Positions 47,648 to 58,721 of a stretch of DNA of 64,000 nucleotides are shown here, piece by piece. The stretch is from a virus (taxonomy: Duplodnaviria; Caudoviricetes). A model generated the notes under the pieces. It made no database searches. It saw only the letters and a list, made by a program, of their open reading frames with translations, and was not told where the DNA came from. The translations under genes and the position numbers were made by a program. The stretch covers positions 1 through 64,000 of the IMG/VR virus record IMGVR_UViG_3300037067_012456. The stretch is one strand, 5' to 3'. Numbering within the stretch: the stretch's first letter is position 1; the number at the start of each line of letters is the position of its first letter.

Positions 47648-47676
47648 ATAATACCTATAATAAATTTAAATGTCAA
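47648..47676 (-). promoter_or_regulatory. sigma70-type promoter
   Basis: TTGACA-17-TATTAT. Confidence 0.65.
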
Positions 47677-47701
47677 TAAAAATTTTTATTAATTTAAAAA
47701 T

Positions 47702-50700
47702 TTATCCACATTTACTAAACCCACACTCCATATTAGAACATTTTACACACCCATCAAAATAGATCAATTTACTACCACATTGTTGACATTTACCAGCATC
47801 TTCACCATCAGATATATATTTTTTTAATGTTCTAGCAATAACTTTAGCAAAATGAGTAATACCACCCTCACTTTTATTTAAAGTTTCAACAATAAATTTC
47901 AAAGGTATTCCATGACGTAATTCTAATGAAATTGATCTAGCAAAAGCATCATGTTCTTTATTTGCAAATGTTTTCATTATATTATTAACTATTATTTCAT
48001 CATCAAATTTAAAGGAATAATGACTTGATTTCTGTTTTACAATAAATCCTTCAGTTATATTTTTAGGAATATTCACATCTTCAACTGCTCCAGCAAATAC
48101 TTCAAATGGTTTATTTTCATATAATCCTACAAATGCAATCCACATTTTACCTTGATATACAACTCGGTGAATCTCACATGGAAGTTCTTTGGGTCGTTTT
48201 GGAGCATTTCTTAGTGTTTTATTATCATTATTATGTGTTAATATACCTTCACGACATCCATCTCTATAACAAGTAACCCCGATAATACCTCTTTTATTTG
48301 CTTCTAAAAACACTTGTGACACTTCTTCTGGTGAAATATTTGATGGCATATTTATTGTATTATGAGAAATAATATTATTTATTAAATAACTGTTTGTATC
48401 TTCGACTTCTATATCATAAACTTCATTTTCATTATTTTCTATTTTTTTTATTTTTATTAAATAAAGATCTTTATCAAAATTTGGAAAAAAGTCTAATAAA
48501 ATTCTATTATTAGTTCTAAGTGGATTCTCATTTTTTTGTTGTATATTAAAAGTTTTATGTGAATGTGTATATTTTTCTATATTAGTTGAAACAATATCAC
48601 ATATTTTTATATTTTTCAATTCTTTTGGAAATGGAATTAAATTATATCCAGCAATTTTAATTTGTTTGTGTTTTTCAATTGGAGTAAAAAAAGATTCATT
48701 AATAGATACTCCATAAGTATATTTTGAAATTCTTCCATTTTTTACATATTTTTTCATTTTATATGGTTTTAAACCAAGTTCACAACATATAGAAAAAATA
48801 GAATCAACTAAAGTTTTTGAATATCCTTCGTATAGTACTAATGTATTTCTTTTTATATATCCATCCAAAGATAATCCATTAATAAAATTAATTTTTTCTT
48901 CTTTTGATCCATATAAAATTTCTTTTGGTATTGTTTTATCAAGACAACCATTTCCAATTAAATTTTTTATATATCTCATTAATTTTCTTGAAGTAATATA
49001 TACAGATCTTGTATTTTTTGTTCTTTTATCTTTTATTGTATTAACTTTTTTACATTTAAATAATTTGAAACATAATTGAGTAAAAATATTTTCAACTAAA
49101 TCATCTGCAGTTGTAATACCAACATGTCCTGTACTTTCAACTAATGAGCCATCTGAAACAATCATACCCAAAAATAATGCCAAATCTTCTGACATTATAT
49201 TAGGTAAACAAATATCATTAGAATTTGATTTGTTAGTAAAATCTACACATAAAGATTGTTTACCTATAAACTCTTCTGAATAATCTCTACTTCTACAATA
49301 AATATAATCATTTTCTTTTAAATTTTTTGATTCTATCCATCCATTTTTTGTATATAATTTATGTGTTTCAGAACATTCAAGAATATCACCATTATCAAAA
49401 TATATTATTTTTGTTGGTTTTATACCACCAGAATAATGTTTTTTTATTTTCTTCCAATCACCATTAATATCTCTAACTTTCAAATCTTTAGCTTTTCCAA
49501 AAACATCATTACCACTAGCATCTCCCAATTCTTCTATAGAGAATATTCCTTTATTAGTTTGTATCTTTGTTCCTTTAGCAACACATTTACTTACACTAAG
49601 AGATACATTATTTGCTACAGATTCTAAAATATCTAGATGTTCCATTGGTTTCAGATCACCCGCAGTTACAAAGACTTTTCTCATTTCTTCTGGAATATCT
49701 TTACAAGTTTGACAAGATCCATTATTTTCTGATACTTCTTTCATTATTTTAGTTTTTATTTCAGCAGAAAAATTTTCATTTAAATATTCTTCAAATATAG
49801 GATCTGATAGATATACTGTTTCATATTCTTTATTCAATTTTTCTATTTTTCTAGAATATACTAAACCGAATACCGGTTCAATTCCACTAGATACGTCAGC
49901 TATAAAACTAATTGTTCCTGTAGGAGCTTGGCTAGTAAAACAACTGTTTCTTATACCATGTTTTTTAATATCTTTTTTTAATTGATCTATATCAATATCT
50001 CTACAATTTTTAGTAAAAAACCTCTCATTAGCTTTCATAAATAGATTATAATTAAATGCAGGATAAGCACCAACTTCTGCTGGATTTGCAAGACATTCCC
50101 ATTTTTTGTCTCTTTCTATTTGTTCCTTTCTATATTCTTTTGACAATTCTATAGATTCTTTCATTGAAATTAATGTAAAATATCTAAATAGTTCTTCTGT
50201 GAACTTTATGGCTTTTTCTGAATTATATGGTATTTTTTTCTTAAAAAGAATGTGAGCTAATCCCATTGTACCCAATCCAATGGGTCGTGTATCAAGAGTT
50301 ATTTTCTTTATTTTTGATAGAGGATATATATTAATATCTATGGCATTATCAATAAATCTAGTTGATTCTTTTATTAATTCAGTAAATCGTTCCCAATTAA
50401 ATTTAGATCCATCAAGCATTTTAATTAAATTTATTGAGCCTAAATTGCACGATTGATAAGGAATTCCTGTAAATTCGCTGCAAGGATTACAAATAACTTG
50501 ATCATTTAAATTTGTTACAGTACATCTATCGTGTGCTATTGTTTCATTAAATATACCTGGTTCAGCACATTTCCATGCTTGTTTAATAATGAGATCCCAA
50601 ACTTCTTTAGTAGTATATGTTTTTCCTGTTTTATCCTGAACTGCATATTCAAGACCATTTTTACTCCTTACCATATGAGGACAATTAGGATCTTTTTCAA

Positions 50701-51253
50701 GTTTTTCATAAAATGAAGAAGGAATTTTAATTGAGAGATTTAATCTATTAATTTTTGAAGTATCATCTTTTACTTTAATAAAATCAAGAATATTTGGATG
50801 TTCTATAGAAAGAAGAGCCATTCCAGCTCCCCTTCTTTTACCCCCTTGACGAATACTATCAAGCATTGAATTAAAGTTTTCTATGAATGCAAGAGGTCCA
50901 CTAGAATTAGCACTTAGACTTAATATATTTTCTCCAGAACCACGTAATGACGAAAAATCATATCCAACACCACCACCAGATTTTGTTACTAATGCTCCCT
51001 CTTTTAGAGATTCAAAGATTTCTTCTATGGAATCTTCTATTTGCATTGGAAAACAGGAACTTAATGTTCCTTTTCTTTCAGAAGTTCCCCCATTCATAAG
51101 AGTGGGGGAAGATGGGATAAACCATTTATTTTTAATATATTCTTTAATGGGAGGATATATATTACTAACTCGTTCTGCTAGTTGCTCCCATGTTTCTTCA
51201 TTTTTTAAGAAATAACGTTCCTTAAGAAGTTTTAAAATTGCCCCTTCATTCAT
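47702..51253 (-). CDS. nrdJ: class II (B12-dependent) ribonucleotide reductase, intein-containing
   Basis: PSSPTLMN, SSCF, GGGVG, NPCSE, CNLGSINL, APTGTIS, C-terminal CxxC...C..CGFSKCG; no small-subunit gene nearby. Confidence 0.88.
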   Translation of the reverse strand: MNEGAILKLLKERYFLKNEETWEQLAERVSNIYPPIKEYIKNKWFIPSSPTLMNGGTSERKGTLSSCFPMQIEDSIEEIFESLKEGALVTKSGGGVGYDFSSLRGSGENILSLSANSSGPLAFIENFNSMLDSIRQGGKRRGAGMALLSIEHPNILDFIKVKDDTSKINRLNLSIKIPSSFYEKLEKDPNCPHMVRSKNGLEYAVQDKTGKTYTTKEVWDLIIKQAWKCAEPGIFNETIAHDRCTVTNLNDQVICNPCSEFTGIPYQSCNLGSINLIKMLDGSKFNWERFTELIKESTRFIDNAIDINIYPLSKIKKITLDTRPIGLGTMGLAHILFKKKIPYNSEKAIKFTEELFRYFTLISMKESIELSKEYRKEQIERDKKWECLANPAEVGAYPAFNYNLFMKANERFFTKNCRDIDIDQLKKDIKKHGIRNSCFTSQAPTGTISFIADVSSGIEPVFGLVYSRKIEKLNKEYETVYLSDPIFEEYLNENFSAEIKTKIMKEVSENNGSCQTCKDIPEEMRKVFVTAGDLKPMEHLDILESVANNVSLSVSKCVAKGTKIQTNKGIFSIEELGDASGNDVFGKAKDLKVRDINGDWKKIKKHYSGGIKPTKIIYFDNGDILECSETHKLYTKNGWIESKNLKENDYIYCRSRDYSEEFIGKQSLCVDFTNKSNSNDICLPNIMSEDLALFLGMIVSDGSLVESTGHVGITTADDLVENIFTQLCFKLFKCKKVNTIKDKRTKNTRSVYITSRKLMRYIKNLIGNGCLDKTIPKEILYGSKEEKINFINGLSLDGYIKRNTLVLYEGYSKTLVDSIFSICCELGLKPYKMKKYVKNGRISKYTYGVSINESFFTPIEKHKQIKIAGYNLIPFPKELKNIKICDIVSTNIEKYTHSHKTFNIQQKNENPLRTNNRILLDFFPNFDKDLYLIKIKKIENNENEVYDIEVEDTNSYLINNIISHNTINMPSNISPEEVSQVFLEANKRGIIGVTCYRDGCREGILTHNNDNKTLRNAPKRPKELPCEIHRVVYQGKMWIAFVGLYENKPFEVFAGAVEDVNIPKNITEGFIVKQKSSHYSFKFDDEIIVNNIMKTFANKEHDAFARSISLELRHGIPLKFIVETLNKSEGGITHFAKVIARTLKKYISDGEDAGKCQQCGSKLIYFDGCVKCSNMECGFSKCG
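48359..49585 (-). mobile_element. intein with LAGLIDADG endonuclease in RNR
   Basis: SVSK|CVAKGT...ISHN|TINMP; LGMIVSDG. Confidence 0.92.
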
Positions 51254-51279
51254 ATATTACCTCAATTTAAAATTATCTA

Positions 51280-52026
51280 TTAGAAATTACCAGCAAAAAG
51301 ATCTGTATCCATTTCAGCTATATATACTATATGTCTATCATAAAACCTAATAATATTAAGTGTTTCTGTTCCAGTTTGTACTTCTACACTTGCATAGCGT
51401 ACCCAACCATTTGGAGTTATATCTGTAATCATACCAATATGTCTATTAATATGAGGAACAGTTATATATTCACCATTTTTCATTTTAACTTTTTTGTAAC
51501 TAGAATAATCTAAAATTATATAATCTCCAGCACAAACTTCACTTGGTTTTCGTCTAATAATTTTAGTTTGTGGATTATCTCTTTTTATTTTAGTTAATCT
51601 ATAAGTTAAACCAGGAATAGATGCATTTTCTAATCTTGCACCAAATTTTGCATAAAAGCCCTTAAATGAATTTAAACAATCTATAGTTTTTGCTCGTTCG
51701 TTTTTACCATATGCCCATTTCCAACCATTATACATAGTTGCAAATTGAATTCTTTTTTCCATTGGAGAAATTTCATTATAAAAAATATCATGATTTTTTT
51801 GAGCTTCTGATTTAGCCAAATCAAGAGAAAAAGTAAATGATATCATTGAAGAAAAAATTATAATACAAATTACTGATAAAAATACTAATAAAGTAATTGG
51901 ATTATATTTAGAGCATACATTTGAAAAATATTTTTTTTCATTTTTTAGAAAAAAATTATATCTAAATTTCATAAAGTTGTAACGATCTTTAAGTTTTTTT
52001 GAAAATATTTTTATTATAATATCCAT
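51280..52026 (-). CDS. membrane-anchored NlpC/P60-like peptidase
   Basis: TM helix, YG...IDC, GD.I, HIG. Confidence 0.6.
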   Translation of the reverse strand: MDIIIKIFSKKLKDRYNFMKFRYNFFLKNEKKYFSNVCSKYNPITLLVFLSVICIIIFSSMISFTFSLDLAKSEAQKNHDIFYNEISPMEKRIQFATMYNGWKWAYGKNERAKTIDCLNSFKGFYAKFGARLENASIPGLTYRLTKIKRDNPQTKIIRRKPSEVCAGDYIILDYSSYKKVKMKNGEYITVPHINRHIGMITDITPNGWVRYASVEVQTGTETLNIIRFYDRHIVYIAEMDTDLFAGNF

Positions 52027-52204
52027 TTTATTAACCCTTTTTAAAATTTTTTATGGTATATAAAAAAGAATTCCTTTTTTAGTCTTCTTTTTAATAAAAC
52101 TTTTTAATAAATATACATTTTTATTAAAATATATATTTATCTTTTTCTATCATAAAAAATATGAATGTAGGCTTTATTTCTATAGCTGCCATTCAAGTTA
52201 TTAA

Positions 52205-52233
52205 AATATATCATAATTTTTAGTACAAGTCAA
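52205..52233 (-). promoter_or_regulatory. sigma70-type promoter
   Basis: TTGACT-17-TATATT. Confidence 0.6.
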
Positions 52234-52444
52234 TAAGAATTTTAATTATTATTAATAAAAATTTTATGATTTAACGTAGCTTTAATTAATTTTCTTTCGT
52301 TAGTTTTAGCAGTAATATTTGAAATTAGCCATTGTTTTTTTAATTTTCTTAATGCTTTTTTATCGGGTAAATTTAAATGTGATGCATAACGTATTAATAG
52401 TGTGGCTGTTTTACCATTCATATTATTCTCCTTTAATTATCATC

Positions 52445-52726
52445 TTATCCTTTATGAATATCATTTTCCCACCCTTTTGAAATAATATAGAGACAACAAT
52501 AACCCATTAAATCTACAATGGTATCTCTAAATGCAGCAGTAGTTGGATCTAAATTTTTTAGACGGAGCAGTTTATCATCCAAACGGGAGGCTATTTGTTG
52601 ATAATTAGTATTTTTGCAAAAAATTCCAAGTGGAATTATTGCGGAGTCTCCATATTGTTCATTCTTTTTTAATACAACTTTGCAAATAGTATCAAAAACT
52701 AATTTAATTTTTTCTTGTGTACTCAC
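52445..52726 (-). CDS. DUF1599/nucleotide-modification-associated domain protein
   Basis: KKNEQYGDS...RLDDKL.RL...DTIVDLMGY. Confidence 0.8.
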   Translation of the reverse strand: MSTQEKIKLVFDTICKVVLKKNEQYGDSAIIPLGIFCKNTNYQQIASRLDDKLLRLKNLDPTTAAFRDTIVDLMGYCCLYIISKGWENDIHKG

Positions 52727-52727
52727 T

Positions 52728-53519
52728 TTATACTATCTCCATTTCCTTTTTTCGTAAATAAGAGTTTCTTCTAGATTCATTTAACTTTCTTTGGTGTTCT
52801 TCAGAACGTATCCTACCCCTTAGAGATATACTTATTTTATTTTTAGTTTCTTCAGACATTAATTGGCCTTTATGAGATCTACTTAAATTTTCTTTCCATT
52901 CTTCAGAAAATGTAGGACGGTTTTTTCCTTTTGTTTTTTTACTTAAATTATCTTTCCATTCTTGTGTATGTAGTCTCCCTTTTGAAGCTTCCCCTATTTT
53001 CTTTCTTGATTCTATATTTTGTTTTTTTCCTCTCATTCCAAAATTAGGATTATTTTTTATATTTTCTTTAAATTTTCTTTTGGTTTCCTCCGTGGGTTTA
53101 TAACCTTTATGAGATTCACTTAATTTTAATAATGTTTCTTTTGTACGAATTTTTCCTTTATTACTTTCACCTATTTTTTTCTTATGATCTTCTGTTAATT
53201 TTGAACCTTTACGAGAAGGAGGACCGTTTCCACCTTTTGCTATATTATATACATTATTTTTATTTAAAATAAAATATTCTGAAATTATAAATTCTTCCAG
53301 TTCATTTAAATCTTCTATACAATTACATTTATCATAAATAATCTCCCATTTAAAATTATTAATACCATATTTTAAAATGGCTTTATGAAAATACATATTA
53401 TCTTGAGATCTAGCTTGATATAAATGTCCTAATTTTCTCTTTTCAAGAGATTGTGTAGTTTTACCAATATAAATTTTTTTATTTATATTATTTGTAACTT
53501 TGTATAGTATCATTGTCAT
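52728..53519 (-). CDS. GIY-YIG homing endonuclease with NUMOD3 repeats
   Basis: ILYKVTN..NKKIYIGKT, YN...GG, repeated (H/T)xEExKxK(I/L)S motifs. Confidence 0.9.
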   Translation of the reverse strand: MTMILYKVTNNINKKIYIGKTTQSLEKRKLGHLYQARSQDNMYFHKAILKYGINNFKWEIIYDKCNCIEDLNELEEFIISEYFILNKNNVYNIAKGGNGPPSRKGSKLTEDHKKKIGESNKGKIRTKETLLKLSESHKGYKPTEETKRKFKENIKNNPNFGMRGKKQNIESRKKIGEASKGRLHTQEWKDNLSKKTKGKNRPTFSEEWKENLSRSHKGQLMSEETKNKISISLRGRIRSEEHQRKLNESRRNSYLRKKEMEIV

Positions 53520-53998
53520 ATGTTTGAAAAAGATGTTCTATTATATGCATCTTTTATTCTAAAAATATCATTTTCGTCGTTGATTCCGAAAGCCACATCT
53601 AAAATCATTCCATATTCTTCTTTTCCAACATATTTAGCTCTATGAATAACATATTCATGAAATCCGAACATATCTAATTTATTAGCTTCTATTGTTATTA
53701 AATTTATATCTAAAAAATTTTCAATAAGTTTAAATTTTTTATCATCAAAATCAGACATATTTACTATATCTAATGGAATTGGCGTAGAACTATATTGAAT
53801 AATAAAATTATCTGAAAGTAATAAATAAAATTGTGCTCTTTTTAGATGATATTGTAAAGATAAAGTTTCATTCTTTTTAACATATAAAATTTTAGTAGTT
53901 GATTTGACATTATCTGCATAGAGGCCATAATATCCCCAAGGTCTAATAACTTCTTCAAATTTAAATGGTTCTACATTTTCGCCTTTTTTTAATCTCAT
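53516..53998 (-). CDS. cupin, mannose-6-phosphate-isomerase C-terminal-like
   Basis: RPWG.Y, K.L.V, LSLQYH..R, END.FR..D.Y.R. Confidence 0.75.
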   Translation of the reverse strand: MRLKKGENVEPFKFEEVIRPWGYYGLYADNVKSTTKILYVKKNETLSLQYHLKRAQFYLLLSDNFIIQYSSTPIPLDIVNMSDFDDKKFKLIENFLDINLITIEANKLDMFGFHEYVIHRAKYVGKEEYGMILDVAFGINDENDIFRIKDAYNRTSFSNI

Positions 53999-54765
53999 TT
54001 TATATCTCCGCTTTTAATATAAGTTATTTTCTCAGCTGGTTTCTCAATAAAACCACCTGATTTTAAAACACTCTCCTCTAAGTAGTTAAATCTTTTTGAT
54101 AAAGTATATCTTAGTTGTCTTATTAATTCAGTATAATTTGGATCTTTTTCATATTCTAAAAGCTCTAATTGAACATCATTTATCATTTTTTCCAAAGCAT
54201 CTATTTTAAAAGATAGAAAAGCATTTGCCAACCCTTCTCTACTGTTTAAAGGATATAGATTATCTCGTACAGTTTGATATGTTTTTACAATTTGTGTTTC
54301 AACTTTTCCGCATAAAAGATGTAATTGATTATATTCAATAGTTTCTTCTTGAGACAATATTCGTGATTCTTGATAATCTCTTAATTCTTTTAATCTATCT
54401 TGTATCATTTTTAATCTTAAACCCAATGATTCAAGAACACCAGAAGCACCTGCATAAATATCCAAATTTCCTTCAAGAATAGAAGTTATAATAGCTTGAG
54501 ATTCTTGAGTATTAGATTCTTTTAAATTAATAATTTTAGAAACTGATGGAGCTAATATAAAATGACTATCAAAATGAGTTTGAAGCATATTTAGAGAAAT
54601 ACCTTTTAATTGACTTATATCATCTAAACTCATATGTTGTTTTGCTCTAAGCATATTAATTTCCATATGATTAGAAAGAGTACAAATAGAACATGCTCTA
54701 CTTTTTCTAGTATATCGACCATATAATTCAGAATCATCTTCAATTAGATTTGTTATATCACTCAT
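53995..54765 (-). CDS. hypothetical protein with N-terminal CxxC...H zinc/HTH motif
   Basis: CSIC...HF.SH followed by a coiled coil. Confidence 0.55.
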   Translation of the reverse strand: MSDITNLIEDDSELYGRYTRKSRACSICTLSNHMEINMLRAKQHMSLDDISQLKGISLNMLQTHFDSHFILAPSVSKIINLKESNTQESQAIITSILEGNLDIYAGASGVLESLGLRLKMIQDRLKELRDYQESRILSQEETIEYNQLHLLCGKVETQIVKTYQTVRDNLYPLNSREGLANAFLSFKIDALEKMINDVQLELLEYEKDPNYTELIRQLRYTLSKRFNYLEESVLKSGGFIEKPAEKITYIKSGDIK

Positions 54766-55152
54766 TTATTTATCCTTTTAGCTGTAACTATACGAATTTT
54801 ATCACCTTTATATTCTTTTTGTTCTTCTGTTGATAAAATTATTTTTGATCCATCAATAATAGGATATACATCAATATATGCAAAATCTTTTGTATTAATA
54901 TCTGATATATGTTTACATAATTTAATAATATCTTGTACTGAAATGTTTTCTTTTTCCATCATATCTAAAAAATCTGATAATGTTATAAAATATTCTTCTT
55001 TATTAGCTAATATAGCTTCAAATTCAATTTCATCAATTTTTTTCTTTTTTTTATTAATATCATCTGATAATATAGATAATTCTTTTATATTTGGCAATAT
55101 ATTATCCTTTAGTAATTTATTACCAAATAATTTTTTTATAAATGGATTCATA

Positions 55153-56613
55153 TTATTCTTTTGTAATAATTAAAGTATTTTTTATTTTATCGTGTTCTAA
55201 AATTGGAAATACAGAAAATACGGTATTAAGTGTTACATCAAATAAATCTAATAATATTAATTTTGATGCTAATGCTTGAATAATATAAATATTTTCATTA
55301 GGATTTTTATTTATTAATTCATTAGCTAATAATGTAACATGATAACAAAAATAGTATCTTAAATAATTTGATACTGTAGTTACTGATATTGGTTGTAAAG
55401 GAGTAGATAAATGATTTATAATTGAACCATTTTCAATTGTTTGAATAGTCATATCAGCATAAGTTTGTGCTTGTTCTATTTTTAATTGTTTATTAAGAGA
55501 TTGAGATTTTAATGATTTTAATTTAGAATCATCCCGTAGTAATTCTGCATAAAGACTATCTTGTTTATTATCTAATAATTTAATTTGATTATCCATATCA
55601 ATTAAATCATCTTCAGTAAGTTTTTCGCCAGATTTAATTTCCTTATCTATAGTATCAATAGAAATTTCAGATGTTTTTATTAATTTCAAAATATCTTGTT
55701 TTGTTTTTTCTAAAGATGTTCTATCATGTTCAAATACAATTCTTTTATCTTTTAAAAAACTTGTATCCTCCTCAGAACCACTTCTATCTAATGCCCAAGC
55801 AAGTTCAGAATCAATATCAGTTATAATTTTATCGAGTTTTTCAAGACGATTATTATAGTCATCAATAGTAACTCTAAGCATTTCATGTTCATTTATTAAT
55901 CTATTTTTCTCCGCTATTAATTCTCCTCTATTTTCTACAGATGAAAAAGATGCTTGTTTTTTATTTTTAATATTTTCTTTTTCTATTTTAATTTGTTCCA
56001 TTTGATTCATATAATTTGAAACTTGTTCTTCAAGAGCTTCTATTAAAAGTTTAGAATTAGAAATGTCTTTAGTAGTAATGTTTTCTTGATCAACAAATTC
56101 TTTTGAAGAATTAATATCAAATTTCTTTTCTAGAGCTGGAAATACTCTTTTTACTGTTGGCTTAAATTCATTTATAAAAGAAAATATATTATCATATTCT
56201 TCAAATATATCTCTAACTGGGTGTGTAATAAAAAATGTATTAAATATATTTCCAAATTTAAGAAATTGTATTTCATCAGGAACAATTGTTTCTTCATTAT
56301 TACAAATAATATTATATTCTTTATCTTGATATAAAAGACCTAAAGTAACAACAACAGATTTTGGTAATGTATAATAATTACCAAATGAGTTTTTTATCAA
56401 TTCAATTATATATAATGGAATTGTTTTTTCTTTTTTAAAATTAATAACAGATGTAGATGCTCCATCAGAATCCTTATCTGTATAAGTTAAATATAACCAT
56501 TGAATATCATTTAATTTTGTTAATGTCTCTGATATTTTAAAAAATACAGATTCATAAACAGAATCCTTTAATCCAGTGTGTTCACAAAAATCTTTATAAA
56601 TATTCTTTTTCAT
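55153..56613 (-). CDS. long coiled-coil protein
   Basis: central heptad-rich region; no Walker motifs seen. Confidence 0.6.
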   Translation of the reverse strand: MKKNIYKDFCEHTGLKDSVYESVFFKISETLTKLNDIQWLYLTYTDKDSDGASTSVINFKKEKTIPLYIIELIKNSFGNYYTLPKSVVVTLGLLYQDKEYNIICNNEETIVPDEIQFLKFGNIFNTFFITHPVRDIFEEYDNIFSFINEFKPTVKRVFPALEKKFDINSSKEFVDQENITTKDISNSKLLIEALEEQVSNYMNQMEQIKIEKENIKNKKQASFSSVENRGELIAEKNRLINEHEMLRVTIDDYNNRLEKLDKIITDIDSELAWALDRSGSEEDTSFLKDKRIVFEHDRTSLEKTKQDILKLIKTSEISIDTIDKEIKSGEKLTEDDLIDMDNQIKLLDNKQDSLYAELLRDDSKLKSLKSQSLNKQLKIEQAQTYADMTIQTIENGSIINHLSTPLQPISVTTVSNYLRYYFCYHVTLLANELINKNPNENIYIIQALASKLILLDLFDVTLNTVFSVFPILEHDKIKNTLIITKE

Positions 56614-56624
56614 AGAAACTCCTT

Positions 56625-58721
56625 TTAATTTACTATATAACTTTTATATTCTGAAGACATTCTAACATTTATTACATTTGGAAAACTATCAGAATCTTCT
56701 GTATGAGTTATAATTAATATTTGATTAAAATAATTAGATATTAATGTTAATATCTTTTTTATTAATGCTCTATTTTCTTCATCTAAGGAACCAAAAGGTT
56801 CATCCATTACAATAAATTTTATATTAGATTGAGATTGCATAGCTATTACTCTTGAAAATCCTAATCTAATTCCTATATTAACTATTGTTCTTTGTCCTCC
56901 AGATAATCTTTTATAACTTCTATATTTCCCATTTACTTCAAAACCAATAACAATAGGTAAAGATTTTTTACTAGTATCTTCATAAATAGTAACTGAAATT
57001 TCAGGCATAATTTGATGAATTAAATCGTTAGCAAGTTCTTCTATAGAACTAATAGAAGAATTAAATAATTGTCTTGGTATTTCTGAAAAGATTTGTTGCA
57101 AAACTTCATCATATTTTTTATTTTCTCTCATTTCCTTTAATAAAATTTCATCTGAAATTTTATCATTTATAAGTATTTGTTTTTGTTCTTCTTTTTCTTT
57201 TAAAATACCCAAATTAAAATTAATCTGATCTAATTGTTTAGTATATTTATTTAATTCAGATATATTATAATTATACTCTTGTTCGGTAATATTTATATCT
57301 TTAATTTGATTATTTAATTCTTTTATATCAAGTTCTAATGAAGATATTTTCTCTTTACTTAATTTTTGTTCGTTTTCTAATGATAGAATTTGATTAGTAT
57401 TTAATGTTATTTTTGATTGTTTTAGTTCTATTGATGCTTTTCTTTGTATTTCTTCAGAATTAATTTTATTAATTTTATCTATTGTTTCTTTTAAATTTTT
57501 ATTAAATTCTAATAACTTAGATTCAAAATCTTTTAGTTCCGCTTCTTTTTCTAAAAGAATATTTTTAATAATAGCTATATTATTATTAATATTAATAATA
57601 TTTTTATTTATATCTTCATTTTCTTTTTCAAGAAGTTCTATATTGACTTCTTGTTTACAAGTAGGACATTTACCAGAAATAATTTTATTTAATTGTGATT
57701 TATTATATTTTAAATCTGCTTCATAAGAATATAATTTTTGTGTATTTATATTAATTTCTGATTTAATATTTTTTATAGTTTCAACAATAGTATTTATACT
57801 ATCTTCTATATCTTTAATAAAAATATCATATTCTTTTTTATACTTTAATGATGCTGGTTCAACTAATAAATCATTTAATTCTTTTGTTAAATCATATTTA
57901 TCAATATTTAATGAATAAATAGATTTTTCATTTGTTTCAAATCTTTTTATTTCAAATTCAAGAATAGATTTATTACTTTTTAATGTAGAATTTATATACT
58001 TAATTTGATTATATTTATCAATATCTTCTTTTAATTTAAACTGTTTTTTATTTATTTCAATAATATCAGTTTGTAGTTTATCTTTATCTTTTAAGAGAGT
58101 ATCTATTTTTTCTATTTCTTCAATAGCTAAACTTATTTGAGTTTGCGTATTAAAAATTATATCATCTTCTTTTTTTATATCACTTGTTATCTCTTTTAAA
58201 ACCTTTCTCCAAATTTCTAATTGAATAACTTTATCAATATAATTTCTTCGTATACCTGGTTCTGTATTTATAAATTTATCCATACCAGATTGTTCAAAAA
58301 AATTAGATGCAGTAAGCATATTATAATCCATACCTATGGTATTAATTATAGCTGCTTGAGTGGTTTTTATATTATCTCCCAATCTATTGTTTTTATCATT
58401 ATTCATATAACATTCTAAATAGGATGTTTTTTTCCTTATACCCCTTTCAACAGTATAATCTACTCCATTCAATTTGTATTTAATACGAACATACATTTCT
58501 TCAGATTCATCATTAATAAACTCTGATATAGTGTCTGCTTCACCTTCTCCAAATAAAGCATACAAAATAGACATAACTATAGAAGTTTTACCAACTCCAT
58601 TAGACTTATTTAAATTACCATCAAAAGAACCTATAATACCAGTAATACCATTATTTATAGGAATATATGTATAGTCTTTATAAGAACCATATCCTTCTAA
58701 TTCAATAGAATTTATATTCAT
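56625..58721 (-). CDS. sbcC: SbcC/Rad50 (gp46-like) ATPase
   Basis: SNGVGKT, zinc hook CPTC, LSGGQ, MDEPF..LD, ITH. Confidence 0.92.
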   Translation of the reverse strand: MNINSIELEGYGSYKDYTYIPINNGITGIIGSFDGNLNKSNGVGKTSIVMSILYALFGEGEADTISEFINDESEEMYVRIKYKLNGVDYTVERGIRKKTSYLECYMNNDKNNRLGDNIKTTQAAIINTIGMDYNMLTASNFFEQSGMDKFINTEPGIRRNYIDKVIQLEIWRKVLKEITSDIKKEDDIIFNTQTQISLAIEEIEKIDTLLKDKDKLQTDIIEINKKQFKLKEDIDKYNQIKYINSTLKSNKSILEFEIKRFETNEKSIYSLNIDKYDLTKELNDLLVEPASLKYKKEYDIFIKDIEDSINTIVETIKNIKSEININTQKLYSYEADLKYNKSQLNKIISGKCPTCKQEVNIELLEKENEDINKNIININNNIAIIKNILLEKEAELKDFESKLLEFNKNLKETIDKINKINSEEIQRKASIELKQSKITLNTNQILSLENEQKLSKEKISSLELDIKELNNQIKDINITEQEYNYNISELNKYTKQLDQINFNLGILKEKEEQKQILINDKISDEILLKEMRENKKYDEVLQQIFSEIPRQLFNSSISSIEELANDLIHQIMPEISVTIYEDTSKKSLPIVIGFEVNGKYRSYKRLSGGQRTIVNIGIRLGFSRVIAMQSQSNIKFIVMDEPFGSLDEENRALIKKILTLISNYFNQILIITHTEDSDSFPNVINVRMSSEYKSYIVN

